Below the pieces are notes generated by a model, which saw nothing but the letters and a program-made list of their open reading frames with translations, ran no database searches and was not told where the DNA came from. Shown piece after piece: positions 43,765 through 52,974 of a DNA stretch of 64,000 nucleotides (within the stretch, counting starts at the first letter, position 1; every line of letters starts with the position of its first letter). The DNA comes from Solirubrobacterales bacterium (lineage in GTDB: Bacteria; Actinomycetota; Thermoleophilia; Solirubrobacterales; 70-9): NCBI GenBank assembly GCA_035637595.1, contig DASPWW010000028.1, positions 19,522 to 83,521 of the forward strand, given 5' to 3'. Made by a program: the position numbers and the translations under genes.

Positions 43765-44259
43765 TCAGTCGGGAACGAGGATGGAGGCTGCGGGGTTGCG
43801 CTTCACGAAGCGTTCGAGGCCGGCGTTGACCGCGTCGCTCGCCTGAAGGAGCTCGGCCGGGTCATCGGAGCCCGCCAGCGCCGCGCGGAGCGCGGCATCC
43901 AGCTGTTTGGCGAGGCGATCGAGCTTCTTGTCGTCCGGCTCGAGAGTCGCGACGCGCCGTGCGGCGGCGCGAAGCTCGGCCTCCTCCGCCCCGGGCCGTG
44001 GGTCCACCCCGCGGCGCGTCGCTATGGCGAACGAGCGCAGCAATCCCGAGCTGGTGGCGAGCTGGTAGTAGGCAATCCGATCGGACTCGGCGATCTGCGC
44101 CGCCGCCTCGGCGCGCTCCGCCTCCTCGCGCTGCTCCTCGCTCAGCGGCGCATCGGCTTGCTCGCCGGAGGGTGCGCCGCCGGAGTCCCCGCAGCCGATC
44201 GGCCCGGCAAGCGCTGCCACCGCGAGAGCGAGCGTCAGCCAGCCTGGACCTCGCGACAT
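43765..44259 (-). CDS. Putative lipoprotein, function unknown
   Basis: ORF 43765..44448 trimmed to ATG 44259 (MSRGPGWLTLALAVAALAGPIGCGD, lipobox-like), then a helical E/A/R-rich body. Confidence 0.6.
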   Translation of the reverse strand: MSRGPGWLTLALAVAALAGPIGCGDSGGAPSGEQADAPLSEEQREEAERAEAAAQIAESDRIAYYQLATSSGLLRSFAIATRRGVDPRPGAEEAELRAAARRVATLEPDDKKLDRLAKQLDAALRAALAGSDDPAELLQASDAVNAGLERFVKRNPAASILVPD

Positions 44260-44317
44260 GCGGCGACGATAGACCCACCGCAGTAAGATCGCCACGGAGA
44301 GGGGTTCGGCACCGGCC

Positions 44318-46273
44318 ATGGGGAAGCCAGTCAACGTCAGTCGCTCGGCGACGGCGCTCGGCTTCGCCCTTCTCGTCCTCGCGGTGGCGGCGCCGGCGGG
44401 CGCCCAGGATCCCGCGCCAGTCCCCCGCCCCACCCCGGTCGACGCCAACGGAATCGATCAGCCGCTCCAGGACGGCTGCCAGCGCAACCCGGTGGGGCTG
44501 CTGACCTTCACCTCGCCTGAGTGGGTGCTCGTCTACTCACACGAGGACTTCAACCCGGATCCGACGCGCGCCCGGGTGATGGAGGGCACGGCCGACGTCG
44601 CCGACGTCGCGGGCGGAGACCTGCCCGAGGGCCACGACTTCTACGACTTCAACATCGACGTGGCGCTCGATCCCGCCTACCAGTACCTCGCCGACACCCG
44701 ATCCAGCAAGCTGCACGTCGAGTGGGAGAGCGGCACGTTGCCCTTCTACGCGTGGGCAACCGCCGGCGACCGGCTCAAGAACTGGGGGACGTGGATCTGG
44801 GACTGCGGCCACTGGAGCAGGGGCGCGGACTTCGACTTCGGGTTCGACCCCGACCACCCAGAGATCCCTCAGGCGATCGGGCACGACACCGACTACTTCC
44901 TCCCGGGCACCCAGGAGACCGAGAAGGAGGCAACCGGCGGAGAGGCGACGGAGTTCCACCCGATGCAGGGCGTCGTGGTCACCCGCAACAACCCCTACGT
45001 CCCACAGGTCGGCGAGACCCAGGCCGACGCCTTCATGTCGAGCGCCGGGACCCCGGCGCGCGCCAACTCCACCTGCGCGCACGACACCCAACCACCGGTG
45101 CTGTCCGAGGACGTCCCTCCGGCGGGCTATCCGCCGTCGTGGACGGCGTGCGCCGAGAACCCGCTCAACGAGTGGCAACCGGTCAACGACCGCGACTACA
45201 CGTTCTTCATACCGGTGCCGCCGAAGCCGGCGCCCGGCGCGCACCTGCGCTTTCGCACGCAGGGCCAGAACGCGCCGGGCAGCAGCCCCGACGAGCAGTA
45301 CCGGGTACGACACGACGGTGTCGAGGTCACGGTGCCGTTCAAGGACTTCGGCTCGCAGGGCGATGCCCTCGCCTTCGCGAAGAGCTTCTTCGTCGGCTGG
45401 ACGGGCCTGACCCAGTACCGACCCGCCCACCTCCAGGTCGATCTGAACTCGGTGACGGTCCACAATTCCCTCGACAGCTTCCCGCAGCCCGGCACGTCGA
45501 TCGACTTCCCGCCAGGCGAGTACGGGATGTACCTCGACGTCAACGGTGATTGGAGCTATCTCAACGACTTCGCCCCGGGTCTCGGGGCCGTCAACAACGG
45601 GGACAGCTTCGACCTCGACCAGACGCTCGACATCTACGTCGGCGCGGACCAGCCGGTCGAGCTGCTGATGGACACACGCGAGTGCGACCTGCCGAAGATC
45701 GCGCCCTGCACGACGACCCCCGAGGTTGCCGAGGACAACGACTCTCCCGGCGGAGCGCTCGACAGCTTCGAATCGGCCGAGGCGGCGGTCGGGGACCACA
45801 CGATGGTCTCGGACAATGGCGCCTGGGAGATGAGCTACACGATCCGCCAGCTGACCGCCGCGACGCTCGGCCCGCCGGTTCCGGGTGAGCCCTGCTTCGA
45901 CACGCTGACCCCACGCTCGAAGATCCGCCGCAAAGGGCTGCATCCCCGCAAGCACAGCCTCAGCCTGCGAGGTCGCGCCAGCGACCGGCTGTGCTTCGGC
46001 CCGGGTGACGTCTCCGACGTCCAGGTCGCGGTCGCCAGGCGGGCCGGCAAGGGCCAGTGCCGCTTCCTCGAGCCGGGCGGCGAGTTCGGCGAGGCGCGGA
46101 GCTGCGAACTGCGCAGCTTCCTGCCCGCCGAGGGGACGAAGCGCTGGCGCTTCCAGACCGCCTGGGAGGGAAAGCCCGGCCGCTACATGCTGTTCTCCCA
46201 GGCCACCGACGAGGTCGGCAACCTCGAGACCGAGTCGAGCGGCCGCAACCGGGCCCGCTTCCGGATCCGCTGA
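44318..46273 (+). CDS. Large secreted protein of unknown function with a C-terminal Ig-like domain
   Basis: 651 aa with signal peptide ..ALGFALLVLAVAAPAGAQD and W/C-rich blocks (WGTWIWDCGHW). The C-terminus is ..VQVAVARRAGKGQCRF..GRYMLFSQATDEVGNLE. I do not recognise the N-terminal 500 aa. Confidence 0.75.
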   Translation: MGKPVNVSRSATALGFALLVLAVAAPAGAQDPAPVPRPTPVDANGIDQPLQDGCQRNPVGLLTFTSPEWVLVYSHEDFNPDPTRARVMEGTADVADVAGGDLPEGHDFYDFNIDVALDPAYQYLADTRSSKLHVEWESGTLPFYAWATAGDRLKNWGTWIWDCGHWSRGADFDFGFDPDHPEIPQAIGHDTDYFLPGTQETEKEATGGEATEFHPMQGVVVTRNNPYVPQVGETQADAFMSSAGTPARANSTCAHDTQPPVLSEDVPPAGYPPSWTACAENPLNEWQPVNDRDYTFFIPVPPKPAPGAHLRFRTQGQNAPGSSPDEQYRVRHDGVEVTVPFKDFGSQGDALAFAKSFFVGWTGLTQYRPAHLQVDLNSVTVHNSLDSFPQPGTSIDFPPGEYGMYLDVNGDWSYLNDFAPGLGAVNNGDSFDLDQTLDIYVGADQPVELLMDTRECDLPKIAPCTTTPEVAEDNDSPGGALDSFESAEAAVGDHTMVSDNGAWEMSYTIRQLTAATLGPPVPGEPCFDTLTPRSKIRRKGLHPRKHSLSLRGRASDRLCFGPGDVSDVQVAVARRAGKGQCRFLEPGGEFGEARSCELRSFLPAEGTKRWRFQTAWEGKPGRYMLFSQATDEVGNLETESSGRNRARFRIR

Positions 46274-46296
46274 ACGGTGCCGACTGGCCGGCGGTG

Positions 46297-46917
46297 CTAA
46301 CCCTCGGAGCGCTGCTCGCCGGCGCGCAGCAGCCGCTCGCGCAGCTCGGTCGCGTCCTCAGGGGTCGGGTCGAATCGCGATGGATCGGGCAGCGCATCGA
46401 GCGACTCGAGCCCGAACAGCCGCTCGAACAGCTCGGTGGTGCGGTAGATCACCGCGCCGAAGCGCGAGCGGCCCGACTCCTCGATCAGGCCGCGCTCGGT
46501 GAGGGTCGCCACCGCCGATTCCGACGAGACGCCGCGGATCCGCGCGATCTCGGGCCGCGACACGGGCTGGAGGTAGGCGACGATCGCGAGCGTCTCCGAC
46601 TGCGCCTGGGTCAGCGGCGGCGTGCGAGGGCGCGACAGCAGCCGCCGCGCGGCCTGCTCGGCGACCGGATCGGTCGCGAGCGCGTAGCCGCCCGCGACCT
46701 GCTTGAGCACGACGCCGCGACGCCCCGGAGCCAGGTCCTCGGCAAGCAGCTCGAGCGCGCCCTCGATCTGCGCCTCGCTCGCCTCGCACGCCTCGGCAAG
46801 CTCGGCCACGGGCACCGGCTCCGGCGAGAGGAACAGCAGCGCCTCGACGCTGCGAGCCAGCTCCAGGCCCGGCGTCGGCGAAGGCTTCGCGCTCGGTGCT
46901 CGCTGCTCGCTGCTCAT
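46297..46917 (-). CDS. scpB: Segregation and condensation protein B
   Basis: ORF 46297..47733 trimmed to ATG 46917 (ATGA overlap with scpA). It has EALLFLSPEPV, GGYALAT, TLAIVAYLQPVSRPEIARIRGV. Confidence 0.9.
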   Translation of the reverse strand: MSSEQRAPSAKPSPTPGLELARSVEALLFLSPEPVPVAELAEACEASEAQIEGALELLAEDLAPGRRGVVLKQVAGGYALATDPVAEQAARRLLSRPRTPPLTQAQSETLAIVAYLQPVSRPEIARIRGVSSESAVATLTERGLIEESGRSRFGAVIYRTTELFERLFGLESLDALPDPSRFDPTPEDATELRERLLRAGEQRSEG

Positions 46918-47633
46918 GCCTGACCCGTTATCTCGATCGGGCCGAAAAGCTCGCGCTGCGTCCACGTCGCCTCGCCCTTCTTGTACATCTCGAGCAGCGC
47001 GAACAGGGTCACCGCCTGGGTGAGGCGGTCCTCTGAGGCGAACGCCGCGTCGAAGTCGATCCGGCCGCTGCGCCCGAGCAGATCGCGAAGCACGCGCAGG
47101 CGGCGCTCGAGCGAGACGGTCGGCCGGATGTGGCTGACGTCGGGCGGGGGCGGCACCCGCAGCAGCCCGCCCAGGGCCTGCGCGAGGTCGAGCGGCTCGT
47201 ACGAGGGCCGCGCGGCGTCGAGCGACACTCGCCGCAGGTGAGCCGGCAGCGGCGCCGACCGATAGAGGTGCGGGCGCTCGGCGGCGAAGAGCTGGGCGAG
47301 ATGGGCGCCCGCGTCGCGGTAGCGCCGGTATTCCAGCATCCGGGCGAGCAGCTCCTCGGCGGCCTCCTCGGGCTCGAGGTCGAGATCCTCGGGGGCGCGC
47401 GGCAGCATGAGGCGCGACTTGAGCTCCAGGAGCGCCGCGATCAGGACGAGGAACTCGGTCGCCGACTCGAGGTCGAGCTCGCCCTCGCGCTCGAGGTGGT
47501 CGAGATAGGCGAGCACGACCTCGGCGAGGTCGACCTCGAGCAGGCTCACCTCCTCGCGGAGCACGAGCGCCATCAGCAGGTCGAAGGGTCCGGAGAAGGT
47601 CTCGAGGTCGAGCTCGAGCTCGGCGACGCGCAT
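46914..47633 (-). CDS. scpA: Segregation and condensation protein A
   Basis: 239 aa starting MRVAELELDLETFSGPFDLLMALV, the kleisin N-terminus. Confidence 0.9.
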   Translation of the reverse strand: MRVAELELDLETFSGPFDLLMALVLREEVSLLEVDLAEVVLAYLDHLEREGELDLESATEFLVLIAALLELKSRLMLPRAPEDLDLEPEEAAEELLARMLEYRRYRDAGAHLAQLFAAERPHLYRSAPLPAHLRRVSLDAARPSYEPLDLAQALGGLLRVPPPPDVSHIRPTVSLERRLRVLRDLLGRSGRIDFDAAFASEDRLTQAVTLFALLEMYKKGEATWTQRELFGPIEITGQA

Positions 47634-47748
47634 CGCCCTTAACGGTATCTGCAGCCTCCGACGAGGCGATCGGCACCTCCCCGAAACGCCGCGCCAACGG
47701 GTGCGGATCGCCGTAGGCTTGTGGGATCAGCAAGGGCCGAAGCGACCG

Positions 47749-48744
47749 ATGAGAGGGAAATCCCAGACGCGGGCCCAGCCTCGCCCTGGCGCGATCGTCG
47801 CGCTCCTGACCGCGCTCGTCTTCGCACTTGCCGTCGCGGGATGCGGCGACGGTGGCGCGGACAACGAGGGCGGCGGCGAGAGGCGCGCCAACCTGATCGA
47901 GGAGAACGCCGACAACAACGGCGTCGAGATCACGGTCGGCTCAAAGAACTTCACCGAGCAGTACATCCTCGGCGAGATCTACGCCCAGGCCCTCGACGCC
48001 GCCGGCTACGACGTCTCGACCCACCTCAACCTCGGCTCCGAGCAGGTCGCCCTGCGGGCGCTGGAGGAAGGTGAGATCGACGCGTATCCCGAGTACACCT
48101 CGACCGCGCTGACGTCATTCTTCGACTTCGGGCCCGACGAAGTGCCGGCCGATCCCCAGCAGGCGTTCGAGGAGTCCCAGGACGACTTCGAGAAGCTTGG
48201 CCTGGTCGCATATCCGCCGACGCCGTTCTCGAGCGCAAACGCGGTCGGGCTGCTGACCGAGACCGCGGACGAGCTCGGCGTGAGCACGATCTCCGACCTC
48301 GAGGGCAAGTCGCAGGACCTGACGCTGTACGGCGCTCCCGAGTGTCGCCAGCGGATCGACTGCCTCGTCGGGCTCGAACGTGATTACGGGCTCGAGTTCA
48401 AGCAGTTCGTCCCCGTCGACATCGCGCGGCGCTACGAGGTGCTCGATAGGGACGAAGCCGATCTCTCGATCCTGTTCACCACCGACGCGCAGCTGTTCGT
48501 CTCCGACAACTACGTGATCCTCGAGGACGACAAGGACGTGCTCCCGGCCGGGAACGTGCTCTTCGTCGCTCGTCGGCAGACGGCCGACGAGGCGGGCCCG
48601 GGCTTCGGGAACACGATCGCAAGCGTTCAGGAGAACCTCACGCTCGAGGTGATGCAGGAGCTCAACGCGCGCGTCGACGTCGACCACGAGAAGCCCGCGG
48701 AGGTCGCCAGGCGATACCTCGTGGAGTTCGGATACGTCCGGTAA
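47749..48744 (+). CDS. Glycine betaine/osmoprotectant ABC-transporter substrate-binding lipoprotein (OpuBC/ProX-type)
   Basis: ORF 47701..48744 trimmed to ATG 47749 (..LLTALVFALAVAGCGDGG lipobox). It has ITVGSKNFTEQYILGEIYAQAL..IDAYPEYT. Confidence 0.82.
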   Translation: MRGKSQTRAQPRPGAIVALLTALVFALAVAGCGDGGADNEGGGERRANLIEENADNNGVEITVGSKNFTEQYILGEIYAQALDAAGYDVSTHLNLGSEQVALRALEEGEIDAYPEYTSTALTSFFDFGPDEVPADPQQAFEESQDDFEKLGLVAYPPTPFSSANAVGLLTETADELGVSTISDLEGKSQDLTLYGAPECRQRIDCLVGLERDYGLEFKQFVPVDIARRYEVLDRDEADLSILFTTDAQLFVSDNYVILEDDKDVLPAGNVLFVARRQTADEAGPGFGNTIASVQENLTLEVMQELNARVDVDHEKPAEVARRYLVEFGYVR

Positions 48745-48790
48745 AGAGCTGGGCCGCGCTCGTACGACACTGACGGCGCGGTTCCAGGTC

Positions 48791-51058
48791 CTAGGGCTTC
48801 GTCGGCCTCACCTCCGCCTCGGGGCCGGGGCGCTCGCCGATCCCGATCCTGGGCAGCCAGTCGAGTGAGCGCGGCAGGTACCAGTTCCAGTCGCCGAGCA
48901 GTGTCATCGTCGCCGGCAGCAGGACGCCGCGGATGATCGTCGCGTCGATCAGCACCGCGAGCGCGAGGCCGACCCCGAACTGCTTGAACTCAACCGCCGA
49001 CAGGGTGGCGAAGATCGCGAACACGCCAACCATCACCGCCGCGGCCGCGGTCACGACCGAGGCGGTGCTCTTGATGCCCTGGCTCACGGCGTCGGCCGTG
49101 GGCATGCCGCTGTCGTAGGCCTCACGCACGCGGCTGAGGATGAACACGTGGTAGTCCATCGACAGCCCGAAGAGGAGCACGAACAGGAACAGCGGGAGCC
49201 AGGATGAGACCGCCCCAGGCGACTCGAACCCGAGCAACGACTCGAGGTTGCCCTCCTGGAAGATCCACACGACCACTCCATAGGCCGCACCGACCGAGAG
49301 CAGGTTGAGCAGGATCGCCTTGATCGGGATCACGATCGAGCGGAACGTGGCGAGTAGCAGCAAGAAGGCGAGTCCGAGCACGAACGCGAACACGACCGGA
49401 ACCCGCGATTCCATCAGCTCGTTGAAGTCGTTCGAGCCGGCGGTGAATCCGGTGACGTTGGCCTCGAGGCCCGGCTGCTGTCCGACGGTCGCGGGGATGA
49501 TCTCGTCGCGAATCTCGGCGAGCGCCGAGTACGAGGTGTCGTCGGTCCCATCGCCGGCGATCGGCAAGTCGACTGTCGCGACGCTGTGATCGGAGTTGAA
49601 CTGGACCGTGACCGGCGGCGTGATCAACGCGCTGTCCTCGGTCCGCTCGCGCAGATTGTGAACGCCGATCGTCAGCTCGACGTTGGAGGCGTCGCCGCGC
49701 TCGACCACGACTTCAGCCGGGATCTGGTTGCCGGGGAAGGCCGCCTGGATGCGGTTGTAGGTCTGAACCACGTTGAGGTCCTGCGGAAGCGTCTCGATAC
49801 CGAGCACGGCCATCTTCAGGTTCAGCGTCGGGCTCGCGAGCACCAGCAGCACCGCCGTCGCGAGGATCGCCGAGATCAGTGGATGGCGCAGCACTCGGTC
49901 GAGGATCGCCGACCAGATGCGCGACTCGCGCGCGACGCGCTCCTCGGGACGCGTCAGGAACGGGACCCGGGCTTTGTTCACCCGATCGCCGAGCTTCGAC
50001 AGCACCGCCGGGAGCACCGTCAGCGAGCCGACCACCGCGATAGCGACGACCGCGATCGCGCCCACGGCGAAGGAGGTGAAGACCGACGCTTCAGCGAGGA
50101 ACATGCCCGCCATCGCGATCGCGACCGTCACCCCGGAGACCAGCACGGCGCGACCCGAGGTCGCAGCCGCCGCTTCGAGCGCCCCCAGCTCGTCCTTCCC
50201 CCGGGCCCTCTCCTCGCGCTCGCGACGCAGGTAGAACATCGAGTAGTCGACCCCGACCGCGAGTCCGACCAGCAGGACCACAGAGGCCACCGCATCGTCC
50301 ACCGCCCACACCTGGCTCAGCGGGCCGAGCAGCCCGATCGCGGCGGCGACCGCGGTCGCCGCCAGCAGCAGCGGCACCAGCCCCGCGACCAGGGCGCCGA
50401 AGGCCAGCAGCAGGATGATCAGGGTGATCGGAAGCGAGGTTTCCTCCGCCCTGCGGAAGTCGTCCTCGAACGACTCGGAGAGCTCCTTGTCCGCGCTCGC
50501 GTCGCCGAATTCCTCGATCCGGAACTCCGGGTGCGCCTCGTCCAGCGCCCCCACGGTCGCGAGCGGGGCCTCGACCAGGTCCTCGGTGGTGACGTCGCTG
50601 TCCTCGCCGGGGTCAGGGATCTCGAAAGTGATCAGCGCCGAGCGCCCGTCCTGCGAGATCGCCCCCTCGCTGCCCGCGAAGTAGGGGCTCTCGACGTCGA
50701 CCACATTCTCGGTCGACTCGAGCTTGCCGACAGCGTCGTCGACGACCGCATGGAATGCTGGCTCATTGGCGGTGACGGCGACGTCCTCGCTCTGGACCAG
50801 GACGGTCTCGTCAGCGTTCTGCGGGAAGGCGTCGGCGACCGCGTGGTCGGCCTCGCGCGTCTCGCCCACCCCCTGGTCCTCGTCCTCGATCGATTCGGTG
50901 CCGACGGAGCCGCCGACCATCACGGCGAGGACGACGAAGGCCAGCCAACCGATGATCGCCGTCGCGCGGTGACGGGCGCTCCATCCTCCCGCCCGTGCCG
51001 CGAGGTTCCAGCGGTCTTGCAAGCGAAACCCTCCGGTTCTGGGATTCGGGCGGCTCAC
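48791..51058 (-). CDS. MMPL-family (RND superfamily) membrane transporter
   Basis: 755 aa with two 6-TM bundles (..DYSMFYL.., ..SMDYHVFILSRVRE..) separated by periplasmic-type domains. Confidence 0.88.
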   Translation of the reverse strand: MSRPNPRTGGFRLQDRWNLAARAGGWSARHRATAIIGWLAFVVLAVMVGGSVGTESIEDEDQGVGETREADHAVADAFPQNADETVLVQSEDVAVTANEPAFHAVVDDAVGKLESTENVVDVESPYFAGSEGAISQDGRSALITFEIPDPGEDSDVTTEDLVEAPLATVGALDEAHPEFRIEEFGDASADKELSESFEDDFRRAEETSLPITLIILLLAFGALVAGLVPLLLAATAVAAAIGLLGPLSQVWAVDDAVASVVLLVGLAVGVDYSMFYLRREREERARGKDELGALEAAAATSGRAVLVSGVTVAIAMAGMFLAEASVFTSFAVGAIAVVAIAVVGSLTVLPAVLSKLGDRVNKARVPFLTRPEERVARESRIWSAILDRVLRHPLISAILATAVLLVLASPTLNLKMAVLGIETLPQDLNVVQTYNRIQAAFPGNQIPAEVVVERGDASNVELTIGVHNLRERTEDSALITPPVTVQFNSDHSVATVDLPIAGDGTDDTSYSALAEIRDEIIPATVGQQPGLEANVTGFTAGSNDFNELMESRVPVVFAFVLGLAFLLLLATFRSIVIPIKAILLNLLSVGAAYGVVVWIFQEGNLESLLGFESPGAVSSWLPLFLFVLLFGLSMDYHVFILSRVREAYDSGMPTADAVSQGIKSTASVVTAAAAVMVGVFAIFATLSAVEFKQFGVGLALAVLIDATIIRGVLLPATMTLLGDWNWYLPRSLDWLPRIGIGERPGPEAEVRPTKP

Positions 51059-51198
51059 ATCATCGCGAACGAGCCACCCGATGACAAGGAGATCCCCTCA
51101 GTGCTGCGGCCCGACGCCCATCGCTAGTCTCGTTTCACACGGGGGCCCAAGGTGGCCGCGGGAAGAGGAGGCGCCATGATGGCGGGACAGGAGGAGCC

Positions 51199-51906
51199 AT
51201 GAATCGGATCGTCGGCAAGCGGCCATCCCCCGCGATGGTCATCGCGATACTTGCGCTGTTCGTAGCGCTCGCTGGGGTCGGCGTGGCGGCCGTGAAGCTC
51301 AAGAAGAACAGCGTCCTGTCCAAGCACATCAAGAACGGCGAGGTCAAGAGCGTCGACGTCGAGGACAACGGGATGACGGGGACGGACATCGACGAGTCCA
51401 CCCTGGGCCTCGTCCCCAATGCGCAGAGCGCGGAGACCGCGACCAGCGCCCAGACCGCCGCCAGCGCCCAGACAGCGAGCAGCGCGGCCAGCGCCGAGCA
51501 GGTGGATGGGGCCAGCTTCTGCAGTGGAGCGGTTCACATGAGCGTGAGCACGAGCCTCTCCCCCGTCTGCACGTCCGGTCCGTTCACCGTGAGGGCCTCC
51601 TGTGAAGACACCTCTGGAGACGTCTTGGCTACGGCCAGCCTGATCGCCACCGAGGAAGCGTTCGTGAGGTCATTTGCCGAGACGGGGTTCATCGCAAACG
51701 AGCCGCAGCTCAACGCAGGGAGCAGCACCACCCTCGGAGGCGCCCTCGACTTCGCGGACGACGGCGCCCCGATCGTGAGCCGGGTCGGCAGCTTCTACGC
51801 CGGTACGGCTGGGGGCGCGCACCTCGCCGGAACGTTTGGAGCTCGAGTGAACAAGCAGGCCGCCGGAACCGGCACCTGCGACGTCATCGTCTCGGCAGGC
51901 GGTTGA
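51199..51906 (+). CDS. Membrane-anchored hypothetical protein with an Ala/Ser/Thr/Gln low-complexity linker
   Basis: 235 aa with AGGAGG 6 nt upstream of the ATG. It has an N-terminal TM helix (MVIAILALFVALAGVGVAAV), KNSVLSKHIKNGEVKSVDVEDNGMTGTDI, the linker SAETATSAQTAASAQTASSAASAEQ, then a Cys-containing globular part. Confidence 0.65.
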   Translation: MNRIVGKRPSPAMVIAILALFVALAGVGVAAVKLKKNSVLSKHIKNGEVKSVDVEDNGMTGTDIDESTLGLVPNAQSAETATSAQTAASAQTASSAASAEQVDGASFCSGAVHMSVSTSLSPVCTSGPFTVRASCEDTSGDVLATASLIATEEAFVRSFAETGFIANEPQLNAGSSTTLGGALDFADDGAPIVSRVGSFYAGTAGGAHLAGTFGARVNKQAAGTGTCDVIVSAGG

Positions 51907-51921
51907 GCCGCGGGACGGGTG

Positions 51922-52941
51922 CTAGCGCCCGGGAGGGCCGACCCCCATCGCGTCGCGCACGCCGGCGAGCGTCTCTGACGCGATGTCGCGCGCGCGCTCG
52001 GCGCCGGCGGCGAGTGCGCGCTCGAGACCGGTCTCGTCGCCGCGCAAATCGGCGTAGCGCTCGCGGACCGGCGCCAGGTAGGCGACGACCTCGTCGGCAA
52101 CGGCGCCCTTGAAGTCACCGTAGCCCGAGCCGTCGAACTCTCGCTCGACGTCGGCGGGATCAACCCCCCTGACCACGGACAGGATCTCGATCAGGTTCGA
52201 GATCCCGGCCTTGTCGGGGCCGCGGCGGACCTCGGTGCCCGAGTCGGTGACCGCGCTGCGAACCTTCTTGACCACCACGTCGGGTTCGTCGAGCACGTAC
52301 ACGGTCCCCTGCTCGCTGCCCCCCGTGGTCGCCATCTTCGAGTCCGGGGACTGGAGGTCCATGATCCGGGCGCCGACCTCGGGGATGCGGTGCTCCGGTA
52401 CCACGAGCGTCTCGCCGAAGCGCTCGTTGAAGCGCCGCGCGATCTCACGCATCAGCTCGACGTGCTGACGCTGGTCGTCGCCCACCGGGACCTCGTTGGC
52501 GCGGTAGGCGAGCACGTCGGCGGCCATCAGCACGGGATAGAAGAACAGGCCCGCCGAGACGAATGCCCCGGAGCGGCTCTCGAGCAGCTCACGCTTCTCC
52601 TTCCACTGGTGCATGCGGTTGAGGTCTCCCCACGCCGTCTGCGAGGCGAGCAGCCAGCAGAGCTCGGCGTGCTCGTGGACGTCGGCCTGGCGAAACAGGA
52701 TGCAGCGCTCGGGGTCCAGCCCCGCAGCGAGCAGGATCGCGGTCGTGTCGTAGACGCGCTCGCGCAGCTCGCCCGGCTCGTAGGGAACGGTGATCGAGTG
52801 CAGGTCGACGATGCAATAGATCGCCTCGCTGCGATCCTGCCCATCGACGTACTGGCGAATCGCCCCGATGTAGTTGCCGAGGTGCTTGCGCCCGGTCGGC
52901 TGGATGCCGGAGAAGATGCGCACTGGGGTCTCGGGGTCCAT
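51922..52941 (-). CDS. trpS: Tryptophan--tRNA ligase
   Basis: 339 aa with SGIQPTGRKHLGNYIGA (HIGH region), a class Ic core and a KMSKS-like DSKMATT. Confidence 0.92.
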   Translation of the reverse strand: MDPETPVRIFSGIQPTGRKHLGNYIGAIRQYVDGQDRSEAIYCIVDLHSITVPYEPGELRERVYDTTAILLAAGLDPERCILFRQADVHEHAELCWLLASQTAWGDLNRMHQWKEKRELLESRSGAFVSAGLFFYPVLMAADVLAYRANEVPVGDDQRQHVELMREIARRFNERFGETLVVPEHRIPEVGARIMDLQSPDSKMATTGGSEQGTVYVLDEPDVVVKKVRSAVTDSGTEVRRGPDKAGISNLIEILSVVRGVDPADVEREFDGSGYGDFKGAVADEVVAYLAPVRERYADLRGDETGLERALAAGAERARDIASETLAGVRDAMGVGPPGR

Positions 52942-52974
52942 CGGGGCGAGGCTATCGGAGGCCCGGGCGAGCTC

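Noticed and set aside
52942-52974. T-box leader upstream of trpS.
   Set aside because: Only 33 nt separate the trpS start from the stop of the upstream MFS gene, which is far too short for a T-box.
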